Of a stretch of DNA of 64,000 nucleotides, positions 9,533-17,746 are shown one piece after another; within the stretch, counting starts at the first letter, position 1, and each line of letters begins with the position of its first letter. The position numbers and the translations under genes were made by a program. The DNA is from Armatimonadota bacterium (GTDB lineage: Bacteria; Armatimonadota; Zipacnadia; Zipacnadales; UBA5352): contig JAYENL010000173.1 in assembly GCA_034722055.1 (NCBI GenBank), forward strand, positions 13,440 through 77,439, written 5' to 3'. The notes beneath the pieces were generated by a model that was not told where the DNA came from, did not search any database, and worked only from the letters and a program-made list of their open reading frames with translations.

Positions 9533-12500
9533 ATGCGTATCTGCACTCGTTCCCTGCCGATCCTCGCCGCACTGATCGTCGCCGCATCCGCCGCCCTCGC
9601 CGACGGGATGTTCATGCCGAAGGACGCGTACCGGCGCCTCTATGGGGGCCAGGGCGCGGTCTCCACCGAGCAGAAGGGCATCATCATCGAGCTTGACGAC
9701 GGCCGCGAGGCCCTGTTGCTGCAGACCACTTACCAGGGCCCCGCCGACGAGTTCGCCTGGATCGTTCCCGTCCCCGGCGAGCCCGGGGAGCAGGACGTCT
9801 TCATCGCCTCCTCGCAGTTCATCAGTCAGCTTCTGGAGACGACCGCGCCGGAGGTCGAGACCCACATCGAGACGCCCCGACGCCCGAAGATGGGCCTGAC
9901 AGAGGAGCCGATGATGGAGGCCGAGGGCCCAATGGGAGGCGCGCTGCCGCCCACCGTCACCGTCCACCGCCGCATGGAGGTGGGCGATTACGACGTCTCG
10001 GTGCTCAGCGCCACCGGCCCGCACGTGCTCATCGACTGGCTCAACGAGCACGGCTACGCCACCCCTACCCAGCACGTGGACGTCATCGACCACTACGTCG
10101 AGAAGCGCTGGTACTTCGTGGCCCTGCGGGTGCTGCCGGGGGTGGTCGAGGAGAGGCCGGTCCTCGACGACGTCAAGCCCATCGGTATCCGCTTCGAGAC
10201 CGATGAGCTGGTGTATCCTCTCTACATCTCCCGCGCCAGCTCCCCGCAGAAGACTGCACTGACGCTGGTGGCCCTGACGCGCGAGTCGGTGGAGTGCTCG
10301 GAGCTGATCCGGGCGCGCCTGCCGATCGGGGAGGCGCTTGAGGACACCTCCTATGCCATCCTGCGCCGGGCCGCCGTGGAGCGGGCGCCCGGCCCGGCTG
10401 CCGTCCTGGAGTACGCCGGCTACAGAGGGACGCACAGCGACACCCCGCATGTTGCGGAGCAGTGGCCCCAGCCGGGCCAGCCCGATTTCAGGAGGTTGTG
10501 GGCAACGCGTCTGTGGACGGTGCTGGGCGTCGAGGAGATGGTGGACCTGACCTTCGAGCCCGCCGACGCCGTCGGCGACCGCGTGGTGGTTGAGCGCCGC
10601 GGGCGGCTGCCGACCTCCGTCCTGGAGCCGCTCAAAGCATTGCGCGTGCCCGCGTGGCTCGTGGCGGGAGTGTTGGTCATCGCACTGGCAGCCATCCGAA
10701 CGTGGCGAACGGACGCGCCCCGGGAGGTCCTGGCCGCCGGACTGGTAGTGGGGACTGTGGGGCTCTTCGCGCCCCTTCTGCCGATGGCTGTCACCAGCAT
10801 CGTGCTCGTGGTCATATGCGTTGTCATCGCTGCCCTGGTGGCGCAGGCGGCCGCGGGCGCGTCTTCCCGCGACAGCGGACGGGCGCCTGCCAGGCCCTGG
10901 GGCGCCATGCTGCGCTGGGCCCTGCTGACGGCCGGATGGGTGGGGATCGTGGGGGTGGCCGTCGGCGGGGGGCGCTTCGACATCCGTCACGGACATCTCA
11001 TGGGGGTTGCTGTGCAGGGGATCTGGCAGATCCTGTGGCTGCTGTTGGCCGTGTTGGAGATGTTCCGGATGGCCCGCGGTTGGCCGCTGACGACCCGGGT
11101 CGGCGCGGGCCTGGGAGCCCTGGGACTGGGCACGCTGACGACGGTCCTCGCCGTGGCGAACAGCCCTGGCAGTTTCAACATAGTGCTTCTCGGACTCTAC
11201 CTGTTGTGCAGCGCCGGTGCGGCCGGACTTGTGTTGCTTGTCCTGGGCTCGCTGCGCGAGACCGCCCGCGGCCACCGAGCCGCGCGCGTTTTCGCGGTGG
11301 CAGTCCTCATTCTGGGTGCCGTCTCCATCCTCGGACAGCTCCGGATGCGGCAGGCCTACGGCGGCCTCGTGATGGAACGGCACACCGGTCTTACTGAGCT
11401 CGACAGGGCCCTCACAGAGCTTGATGGCGCGCTGCTGTCATTCCTCGAGGACACCGGCTCCTACCCGGCGTCACTGGAGGACCTGACGTCGAAGGCCCCG
11501 CCGGAGGAGGGCCTGGACTCCAGCGGCAACCGCGTGCAGGTCCGCGGCGACTATGGGGGCCCCTACCTGCCGCAGCTCCCCGAGAACCCGCTCACCGGCA
11601 CTCGCCAGGCGTGGGTCTACGAGGTCACCGGCGCGCCCATGATCGATCCGGCGGGGCTGAAGATCACCCTCCGCCGGGAGAGCACGGCGCGGCGGCCGCC
11701 GAGGGCCTCGGCCCGGAGAGCGACTCTGCCGGAGTACCCCTTCGAGCTTGATCTGGGTAGCGTTCGCGAGGGGCTCACTGATCCCCCGGAGGGCCAGCTC
11801 CTGCGCGTCCCGCCGGGGGAAGGGATCGTATTCCTCGCCCGTCCGCGCCAGCACGAAGCCTATTACGGCCGGGTTGAGACCGGAGTGGCGCCCCTGGCCG
11901 TGAGTGTCTCGCCGGATGGCCGCCGGGTAGCGTTCGCGATGGAGACAGGCCCGGCATCCATCAGGGTGTGCGATCTCCACGCGCGCGCCGAGGACCCCCA
12001 GACCGGCAGGCCGGACAGGGAATTCGGCCGGAACTCTCGGGAGCTGATACCCGGGCTGTGGCCGGTGGCGATTCGCGACATCGCCTGGCATCCCCGGGAG
12101 CAGCGGTGGGCGGTGGTGGTGACAGTCTCGGAGGAGATCCTCGGGAATGAGCAATCCGGCCGCGCGAGCCGCGTCTACATCATCGACGGCGAAGCACCGC
12201 CCCAGCCGGTGCCGGGCAGTGACGGCTGCGTGGACGTGGCGTGGACTGCCGACGGCACCGGGCTCATCGGACTGTTCTCGGAGCTGCCGAGGTATCCGGG
12301 GGACTCGGTTCCCTCGGGCACCGTGGAGCGCATCATTCCGGGCCAGCGCGTCCACGTACTCGCAAGGGACGTGCCGGCCCACCTGTGGCGGGCCGCCGGC
12401 GGGCGGATCGCTGCTGCCACGCGGCAGGGGATGCGGGCCAACGGGGTGATGGCGGGCAACCCGAGAGTGGTAATGATCAGCCCGGAGGGCGCGTACACGG

Positions 12501-13111
12501 AGGTAGCGCCGCCGCGTGTCCGCATGGTCGTGGACGACCTTCTCATCGAGGATGGCCGGGTCTGCGTCGCCTGGGGCACCGATGATCCCGAGGGCCCCGG
12601 CCTGGTCACCGTGTACGCCGCCGGCGACCCATCCCCCACGACCATCGGGGCGTACACGCGCGACATCAAGTACGAGCGCGATCCCGGCCGCATTCTGATC
12701 GTCGGCAGGGATCGCGGGTCGGATGCGTGGGTAGTGGCCCTGGTTTCCGGAAGCAGGCGGTACGCGGACGTCCACAGCCTCTACGCCCTGCGGCCCGATC
12801 AGCCCCCGGAGCGCCTCGTGCTGGGCGGCGCTGACCTCTTCACGGACCGCGAGGCACGGCTTGACTCCGAGGACGTGACCGTCAGCCTGGTCGGCTGGCT
12901 GCCGGGATCAGCGTTCGCGGCCGGAGACCTCTTCCGGGAGTACGATCCCGCCACCGAGACCATCTTCCACAGCCGACCGCTGCTCATCCACCGGATTGAC
13001 TTCGTACGCGGTGGCGAGATCGCCTTTGATAATCGGCGCATCAGCTTCGAAGCGGGGCAGCCCGTGCTGGGCCGCACCGAGTTCTTCCTCAAGTTCCGGC
13101 GCGTGGACTGA
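9533..13111 (+). CDS. DUF2330 domain + multi-TM + GspG-like pseudopilin domain + beta-propeller fusion protein
   Basis: Signal peptide, FAWIVPVP/LIDWLNEHGY/WYFVAL (DUF2330-like), long hydrophobic block, DTGSYPASLEDL...GPYLPQLPENP, then SVSPDGRRVAF and AWTADG repeats; start moved to ATG 9533. Confidence 0.7.
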   Translation: MRICTRSLPILAALIVAASAALADGMFMPKDAYRRLYGGQGAVSTEQKGIIIELDDGREALLLQTTYQGPADEFAWIVPVPGEPGEQDVFIASSQFISQLLETTAPEVETHIETPRRPKMGLTEEPMMEAEGPMGGALPPTVTVHRRMEVGDYDVSVLSATGPHVLIDWLNEHGYATPTQHVDVIDHYVEKRWYFVALRVLPGVVEERPVLDDVKPIGIRFETDELVYPLYISRASSPQKTALTLVALTRESVECSELIRARLPIGEALEDTSYAILRRAAVERAPGPAAVLEYAGYRGTHSDTPHVAEQWPQPGQPDFRRLWATRLWTVLGVEEMVDLTFEPADAVGDRVVVERRGRLPTSVLEPLKALRVPAWLVAGVLVIALAAIRTWRTDAPREVLAAGLVVGTVGLFAPLLPMAVTSIVLVVICVVIAALVAQAAAGASSRDSGRAPARPWGAMLRWALLTAGWVGIVGVAVGGGRFDIRHGHLMGVAVQGIWQILWLLLAVLEMFRMARGWPLTTRVGAGLGALGLGTLTTVLAVANSPGSFNIVLLGLYLLCSAGAAGLVLLVLGSLRETARGHRAARVFAVAVLILGAVSILGQLRMRQAYGGLVMERHTGLTELDRALTELDGALLSFLEDTGSYPASLEDLTSKAPPEEGLDSSGNRVQVRGDYGGPYLPQLPENPLTGTRQAWVYEVTGAPMIDPAGLKITLRRESTARRPPRASARRATLPEYPFELDLGSVREGLTDPPEGQLLRVPPGEGIVFLARPRQHEAYYGRVETGVAPLAVSVSPDGRRVAFAMETGPASIRVCDLHARAEDPQTGRPDREFGRNSRELIPGLWPVAIRDIAWHPREQRWAVVVTVSEEILGNEQSGRASRVYIIDGEAPPQPVPGSDGCVDVAWTADGTGLIGLFSELPRYPGDSVPSGTVERIIPGQRVHVLARDVPAHLWRAAGGRIAAATRQGMRANGVMAGNPRVVMISPEGAYTEVAPPRVRMVVDDLLIEDGRVCVAWGTDDPEGPGLVTVYAAGDPSPTTIGAYTRDIKYERDPGRILIVGRDRGSDAWVVALVSGSRRYADVHSLYALRPDQPPERLVLGGADLFTDREARLDSEDVTVSLVGWLPGSAFAAGDLFREYDPATETIFHSRPLLIHRIDFVRGGEIAFDNRRISFEAGQPVLGRTEFFLKFRRVD

Positions 13112-13162
13112 CGGCGGAGGCGAAGGCCTCTCGACGGGCGAAGTGGCTCCCATGCAACGGCC

Positions 13163-13184
13163 GCAGGCTGAAAGCCTGCCCCAC
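13163..13184 (-). repeat. REP-like palindrome
   Basis: Minus strand reads GTGGGGCAGGCTTTCAGCCTGC. Confidence 0.6.
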
Positions 13185-13208
13185 GAGAAGCCGACGGGAG
13201 TGCCGGTC

Positions 13209-13372
13209 ATGCGCCGAATCGCCATCATTGCGCTTGTTCTGATCGCCGCGTGTGCCGGCGCGACTGCAGCGCAGCCGCGGGGCCAACTGACCTGGAGATC
13301 GAGCCTCAGCGCTACAGGCTGATCGTGTTCGGCGAGCGCATCCCGATCCCCGAGAGCCCGCGTATCGACTGA
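13209..13372 (+). pseudogene. Remnant of a secreted-protein gene
   Basis: Good signal peptide MRRIAIIALVLIAACAGATAA then an early stop at 13322; a shifted frame reads LEIEPQRYRLIVFGERIPIPESPRID* with host-like codons. Confidence 0.35.
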
Positions 13373-13418
13373 TGCCTTCCCCCGCCTCACGGAGGACCTG
13401 GCGGCGGATGAGACGAAC

Positions 13419-14171
13419 ATGGGGGCGGACTGCCAGAGGCTCGGAATGGAGGATGCTCCGGTGGCGGGGTCACTGAAGACGGTATTACGCGGCGCGTTCA
13501 GTTGGGTGCCATTTCCCGTCCTCAGGGGCCCTCTGCGGGGCTTCCTGTGGGTGCTCGGCAGCGGCGGGAAGCGCGGGCGCATCATCATGTCCACCTACGA
13601 GCCGGCCTCCTCGGAGTGCCTCCGGCAGCTCATCAGGCCCGGCGATACCGTCTTTGACATCGGAGCACACGTGGGCTACTACACGCTGCTGGCCTCAACG
13701 GCGGCCGAGCCGGAGGGGACGGTGGTGGCCTTCGAGCCCGAGCCGCAGAACGTCCACTTCCGCCGCCGGCACATACGCTGGAACCGGCGGCGCAACGTGC
13801 AGGTGGAGGAGCTGGCGCTGGGGGAACGGACCGCCACGGTGCGCTTCCAGCCTCAGGGCAGCGGCACCGGCCACCTGGCCGAGGACGGCGACATCACGGT
13901 GCGGATGACCAGCCTCGACGACTACGCGGCCGCAACCGGCTGCGAGCCGGACGTGATGAAGATCGATGTGGAGGGCGCAGAGGCGGCACTGCTGGAGGGC
14001 GCCCGCGAGGTTCTCGCCACCGCGCGTCCGCAGATGCTCCTGTCCACGCACGGCCCACAGGTCGATGAGCGGTGCCGGCGGCTGCTCGACGCGGCCGGAT
14101 ACGATGTGCAGACGCTGGTGGAGACCGATGCGGGAGGCGGCTCGGAGCTGCTGTGTCTCCCCCGCCCATGA
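13419..14171 (+). CDS. FkbM family methyltransferase
   Basis: VFDIGAHVGYYT, AFEPEP and MKIDVEGAE; start uncertain. Confidence 0.9.
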   Translation: MGADCQRLGMEDAPVAGSLKTVLRGAFSWVPFPVLRGPLRGFLWVLGSGGKRGRIIMSTYEPASSECLRQLIRPGDTVFDIGAHVGYYTLLASTAAEPEGTVVAFEPEPQNVHFRRRHIRWNRRRNVQVEELALGERTATVRFQPQGSGTGHLAEDGDITVRMTSLDDYAAATGCEPDVMKIDVEGAEAALLEGAREVLATARPQMLLSTHGPQVDERCRRLLDAAGYDVQTLVETDAGGGSELLCLPRP

Positions 14172-14205
14172 CTCGACCGCATCCTGTCTGCAGGAAGTGA
14201 GCGCT

Positions 14206-15231
14206 GTGTTCTACGTCGAGGCCTCAGGCAGCCCGTACGAGATCGGCAGGCAGCTCGGCGAGGCCACCAAGCTGGCGATCGCCAACAGCCTCGACATGCT
14301 GGCGGCTCGCTTCCGGCACACCGACGAGGCCTGGTTCCGCGAGATGCGCGACCGGCACATGGCCTACACGGAGCGACGCGCGCCGGAGCTGGTCGAGGAG
14401 GCTCAGGGAATCGCCGACGGCTCGGGCGTTGACTTCCGCTGGATCTACCTGGCCAGCTTCTACGCCTCCATGCGGCGGGGGCTGGAGGGCTGCTCGAATC
14501 TCATCTTCACAGACACTCCGGATGGTCCCATCCTCGCCCGCACCTGCGACCTGCCGGCGCGGGAGGGGAAGCACGCCGGGCTGGCGCTGGTGCGGCCCGA
14601 TGGCGGCATGGCGGTGCTGGCCTCCTACTGGCCGGGGACCACCTGGCGGGGCAGCGGCATCAACGAGGCCGGCCTGGCCGTGGGCGGCTCGAGCTGTGGG
14701 GCGAACGTCCCCATGCCCGAGGAGTGTATGAACCCCCACGCCCTGCCCACCGTGGTCCTCGCCCGAGCCGAGAGCGTGTCAGAGGCGATCGCGCTGCTCA
14801 GCGAGATGCCGGCCATGCCCTGGGGCGCCAACCACGCCCTGGTCGATGCCGGCGGGGACGCCGCCATCGTGGAGAAGGCCGGGGCCCACCAGGCCGCGCG
14901 CCGGGCCGAGGACGGGCGCCTGTGGTGCACCAACCACTCGATCACGGAGGAGCTGTTGCGCTTCGTCATCGACGATGAGGAGAAGCTGCGGGAGTCCCGC
15001 CAGCGCTTTGACGCCATCGACCGCCTCAGCGCACGCGGACAGCCGGGCGTGGAGCTGGCCCGGGAGGTGCTGTCGTACACGGAGCAGCCCGGGGCGATCT
15101 GCCGATATGCCGACGACGACCCGCGCGGCAATCAGACCGAGTGGGCGTTCATCGCGAGGCCGGCCGCCGGCGAGCTGGAGGCCTGCTTCAGCCACCCCGA
15201 CCGCGACCCGTGGCGTACCTTCACGCTGTAA
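14206..15231 (+). CDS. Peptidase C45 / Ntn-hydrolase family (acyl-CoA:6-APA acyltransferase-like)
   Basis: GSPYEIGRQLG, autocleavage G-C(SN), ARTCD, GINEAGL and CTNH; GTG start after AGGAAG. Confidence 0.8.
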   Translation: MFYVEASGSPYEIGRQLGEATKLAIANSLDMLAARFRHTDEAWFREMRDRHMAYTERRAPELVEEAQGIADGSGVDFRWIYLASFYASMRRGLEGCSNLIFTDTPDGPILARTCDLPAREGKHAGLALVRPDGGMAVLASYWPGTTWRGSGINEAGLAVGGSSCGANVPMPEECMNPHALPTVVLARAESVSEAIALLSEMPAMPWGANHALVDAGGDAAIVEKAGAHQAARRAEDGRLWCTNHSITEELLRFVIDDEEKLRESRQRFDAIDRLSARGQPGVELAREVLSYTEQPGAICRYADDDPRGNQTEWAFIARPAAGELEACFSHPDRDPWRTFTL

Positions 15232-15234
15232 CGA

Positions 15235-16155
15235 TCAGCCGGCGGACAGGTCGCCGGACTCGATGCGCCTGACGAGCTGCTCCGTGCCCGCGTGGTCGTC
15301 GCCACGAGCCACCACAACCAGGCCCTGCCACGGCTCGTCGCCGTCAGCGGACTCCACGGTCAGCTCGGCCGGCGACATGTCCACGTAGAGAACCTCGTCG
15401 CCGGTGGGCACGAAGCCCTTGGCGCGGTAGATCTCGCGCTCGAGCCCCTCAAGCTCCTGTCGGAGCCGCTCGATGTCCACGGGCTCCTCGAAGGCCACCG
15501 AGAAGCGGGCGAAGTTGGGGTCCGGGCCGCTGGCGTACTCGCCCGAGAGCGTCCTGACGTGTGCGGAGGCGAAGATATCCAGGTCCACCCGGCAGCGGAC
15601 GGTGCGAATGACGCGCGCCTGAGCGGAGATCTCGCGCACGATCCCCTCGGCGGCGTCCACCTCCTCAGGCTCGAAGAGGTCGGTCTTGTTGACCAGCACG
15701 ATGTCCGCCGCCTCCACCTGGGCGCGGATGTTGGGCAGGGTGTGCACCAGCTTGGGCAGGCTCCCCGGGTCCACGATCGAGACCACCGAGGCCAGGTCGT
15801 AGACCTCATCCAGCCCGGTCTCGGCCAGCATCTGCTCCACGACCATGGGGTTGGCGATGCCGCTGGCCTCCACGACCACGCCACGCACAGGCTCCTCGGG
15901 GGAGTGGAAACGCTCGGGGATGGACTTCAGATGCCCCACGAACTGCGTCACCAGGCACTGGCAGAAGATGCTGCCCCCGGGGATCGCAACGACGTCCTCA
16001 TCCTCGCGCTCCAGCAGCGCCCCATCCAGGTCCAGGGGTGAGAACTCATTCACCAGGTAGACAATGCGCTCACCGGGATGCCGCTCGATGATGTGCCGCA
16101 GCAGCGTGCTCTTGCCGCTGCCCAGGAAGCCGGTTACAAGGCAGATCGGGATCAT
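15235..16155 (-). CDS. CobW/COG0523 family GTPase metallochaperone
   Basis: LVTGFLGSGKST, VNEF, FCQC, VEASG, NKTD and YRAKG; ATGA overlap with the upstream gene. Confidence 0.9.
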   Translation of the reverse strand: MIPICLVTGFLGSGKSTLLRHIIERHPGERIVYLVNEFSPLDLDGALLEREDEDVVAIPGGSIFCQCLVTQFVGHLKSIPERFHSPEEPVRGVVVEASGIANPMVVEQMLAETGLDEVYDLASVVSIVDPGSLPKLVHTLPNIRAQVEAADIVLVNKTDLFEPEEVDAAEGIVREISAQARVIRTVRCRVDLDIFASAHVRTLSGEYASGPDPNFARFSVAFEEPVDIERLRQELEGLEREIYRAKGFVPTGDEVLYVDMSPAELTVESADGDEPWQGLVVVARGDDHAGTEQLVRRIESGDLSAG

Positions 16156-17531
16156 GATCCGCCCTTCTCCTCCATGCGCTCTCTGATCGCCGAGGTCAGC
16201 GTGTCCTCGTCGGGGATGATGGACACGAAGGTGGGCCGGCCGTCGATGCAGATGGTGGGGACGTGCCCGGCGTCGAGGCGGCAGTAGATGCCCAGACCCT
16301 CGCGCCTGGTGATCTTGTGCTCGCGCACCTCCACGCCCTGGCCGATGCGCTTGGCCGCCCTGGTGGCGGCGTCCATCATGTACTGGCACGGCGCGCAGGT
16401 CGAGGAGTCCAGGGTGATGACGTCCAGGATCACCTTCTCCTCGGCCTCGTAGTCCGGGAGCTCGATGTCCTCAAAGGTCTCCTCCTCGGCCTCCACCACC
16501 GTCTGCCGGGCCACCTGCCGCTCGTACTCGTCCACGGCCATCAGCCCCGCCGCCGCCACGTTCGCGGGCGGCGTGTCATACGGCAGGTCGCAGCCCGGCG
16601 CCAGGATATACCCCTCGCTGTCGCCGATGTCAATGCACTCCAGCGCCGCCTGCTTGGCCTGCTGCTCGGTGCCCAGCAGCAGCACCACGGTGAGCTGGAG
16701 GTTGCCGCCGAAGGAGGTGTCATGCGCCCGCGCGATGTCCCGCAGGTACGCAAGGTCCACGTTCTCGTCCACCGAGATGTTGTCGCAGCGGGTCCGCGCC
16801 ATGACCTCCAGGTTCCGGGTGGCATCCCCGCAGCAGAACAGGGAGCCCAGCGAGCCGCGCTGGTGGATGTGATCGAACAGCTCGTTGGCGGGCTCGGCCA
16901 CGAACTGCTGGAAGTGCTCCGGGGAGATCTGGCTGACCATGGGATCGACGACCGCGATGATGTCCGCGCCATTGTCGATGTAGGCGTCGGCGGCGCGTTT
17001 GCCCACCTCCGCGCAGAAGCTCATCAGCTCCCTGACCCGCTCCTCGGTGTCGAACATCTCCAGGAAGATGTCGTTGCCCAGCAGATGCAGCCCCAGGGTG
17101 AAGGGCCCGCAGATCAGTCCGTAGAGCGCCACCCGGTCACCGATCTCGGCCTTCACGGACCCCAGGGCCTCCATGGTGAGGGGGAAGCGCCCCGCGTCGG
17201 TCGTGAACTCCGGAAGCTCGGACAGCTCCGCGCCTTCGGCGAGTGGGTGACTCACGACGTTGGGCGGCCCGTCCGAGGCCCATCGGAGCTGGCAGCCGAG
17301 GATCTCGGCCTCCACCTGCAGGTCGAAGGTGATGGGCAGCCCGTCCGGCCGATACAGCTCATCGGCCCTCAGCAGCCCCTGCGCGATGAGCTCGCTCGAC
17401 TGCAGGTAGTCATCGGCGGGCGCGCCGATGAGGGCGCCGCCGTGGCAGCCCACGAAGGGGATCCACGCCGGCCGCGGCGTGGCCTCGTTCCGGAACGCCT
17501 GGAGCAGTATCTCCTTGCCGGTCATTTCCAT
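16152..17531 (-). CDS. UroD/MtaA-CmuA family corrinoid methyltransferase with C-terminal thioredoxin-like domain
   Basis: FDLQVEAEILG, GPFT, GGNL and ILAPGCDLP; C-terminal CAPCQYM and VPTICIDG. Confidence 0.85.
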   Translation of the reverse strand: MEMTGKEILLQAFRNEATPRPAWIPFVGCHGGALIGAPADDYLQSSELIAQGLLRADELYRPDGLPITFDLQVEAEILGCQLRWASDGPPNVVSHPLAEGAELSELPEFTTDAGRFPLTMEALGSVKAEIGDRVALYGLICGPFTLGLHLLGNDIFLEMFDTEERVRELMSFCAEVGKRAADAYIDNGADIIAVVDPMVSQISPEHFQQFVAEPANELFDHIHQRGSLGSLFCCGDATRNLEVMARTRCDNISVDENVDLAYLRDIARAHDTSFGGNLQLTVVLLLGTEQQAKQAALECIDIGDSEGYILAPGCDLPYDTPPANVAAAGLMAVDEYERQVARQTVVEAEEETFEDIELPDYEAEEKVILDVITLDSSTCAPCQYMMDAATRAAKRIGQGVEVREHKITRREGLGIYCRLDAGHVPTICIDGRPTFVSIIPDEDTLTSAIRERMEEKGGS

Positions 17532-17552
17532 CAGCCGCTGTCCCTTGAGAAT

Positions 17553-17579
17553 CTGGGGGGCAGGCGCCCCCGCCCGCCC
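17553..17579 (+). repeat. REP-like palindrome, degenerate copy of the 40807/54311 element
   Basis: CTGGGGGGCAGGCGCCCCCGCCCGC has 2 mismatches over 25 nt to the other copies. Confidence 0.7.
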
Positions 17580-17746
17580 TCGAACACGGTCAATACGCGC
17601 CACCGGCTCCTGTTCGTCCGGTCAGTAAGGAGGCACTCGAACTGCCGCCCTTTGAGCGCTGCAACGCCGGTTCGAGCGGGCTCAGTTCCGAATCTGAGCG
17701 TGGTTTGCCCGTGTGAGCTGAGAATCCTCCCTGACAAGCGGATGCC

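Noticed and set aside
8048..11383. 1111-aa minus-strand ORF and similar long ORFs (1789-3942, 24725-26857, 29508-31784, 37241-39979, 61337-63268)
   Set aside because: Antisense shadows of well-supported genes, expected at high GC; no recognisable motifs
17600..17745. GGGCAAACC on the minus strand upstream of the UroD-like gene, suggesting a c-di-GMP-I or cobalamin riboswitch
   Set aside because: Lacks the GACGCAAAGC continuation and any B12 box; only local hairpins seen
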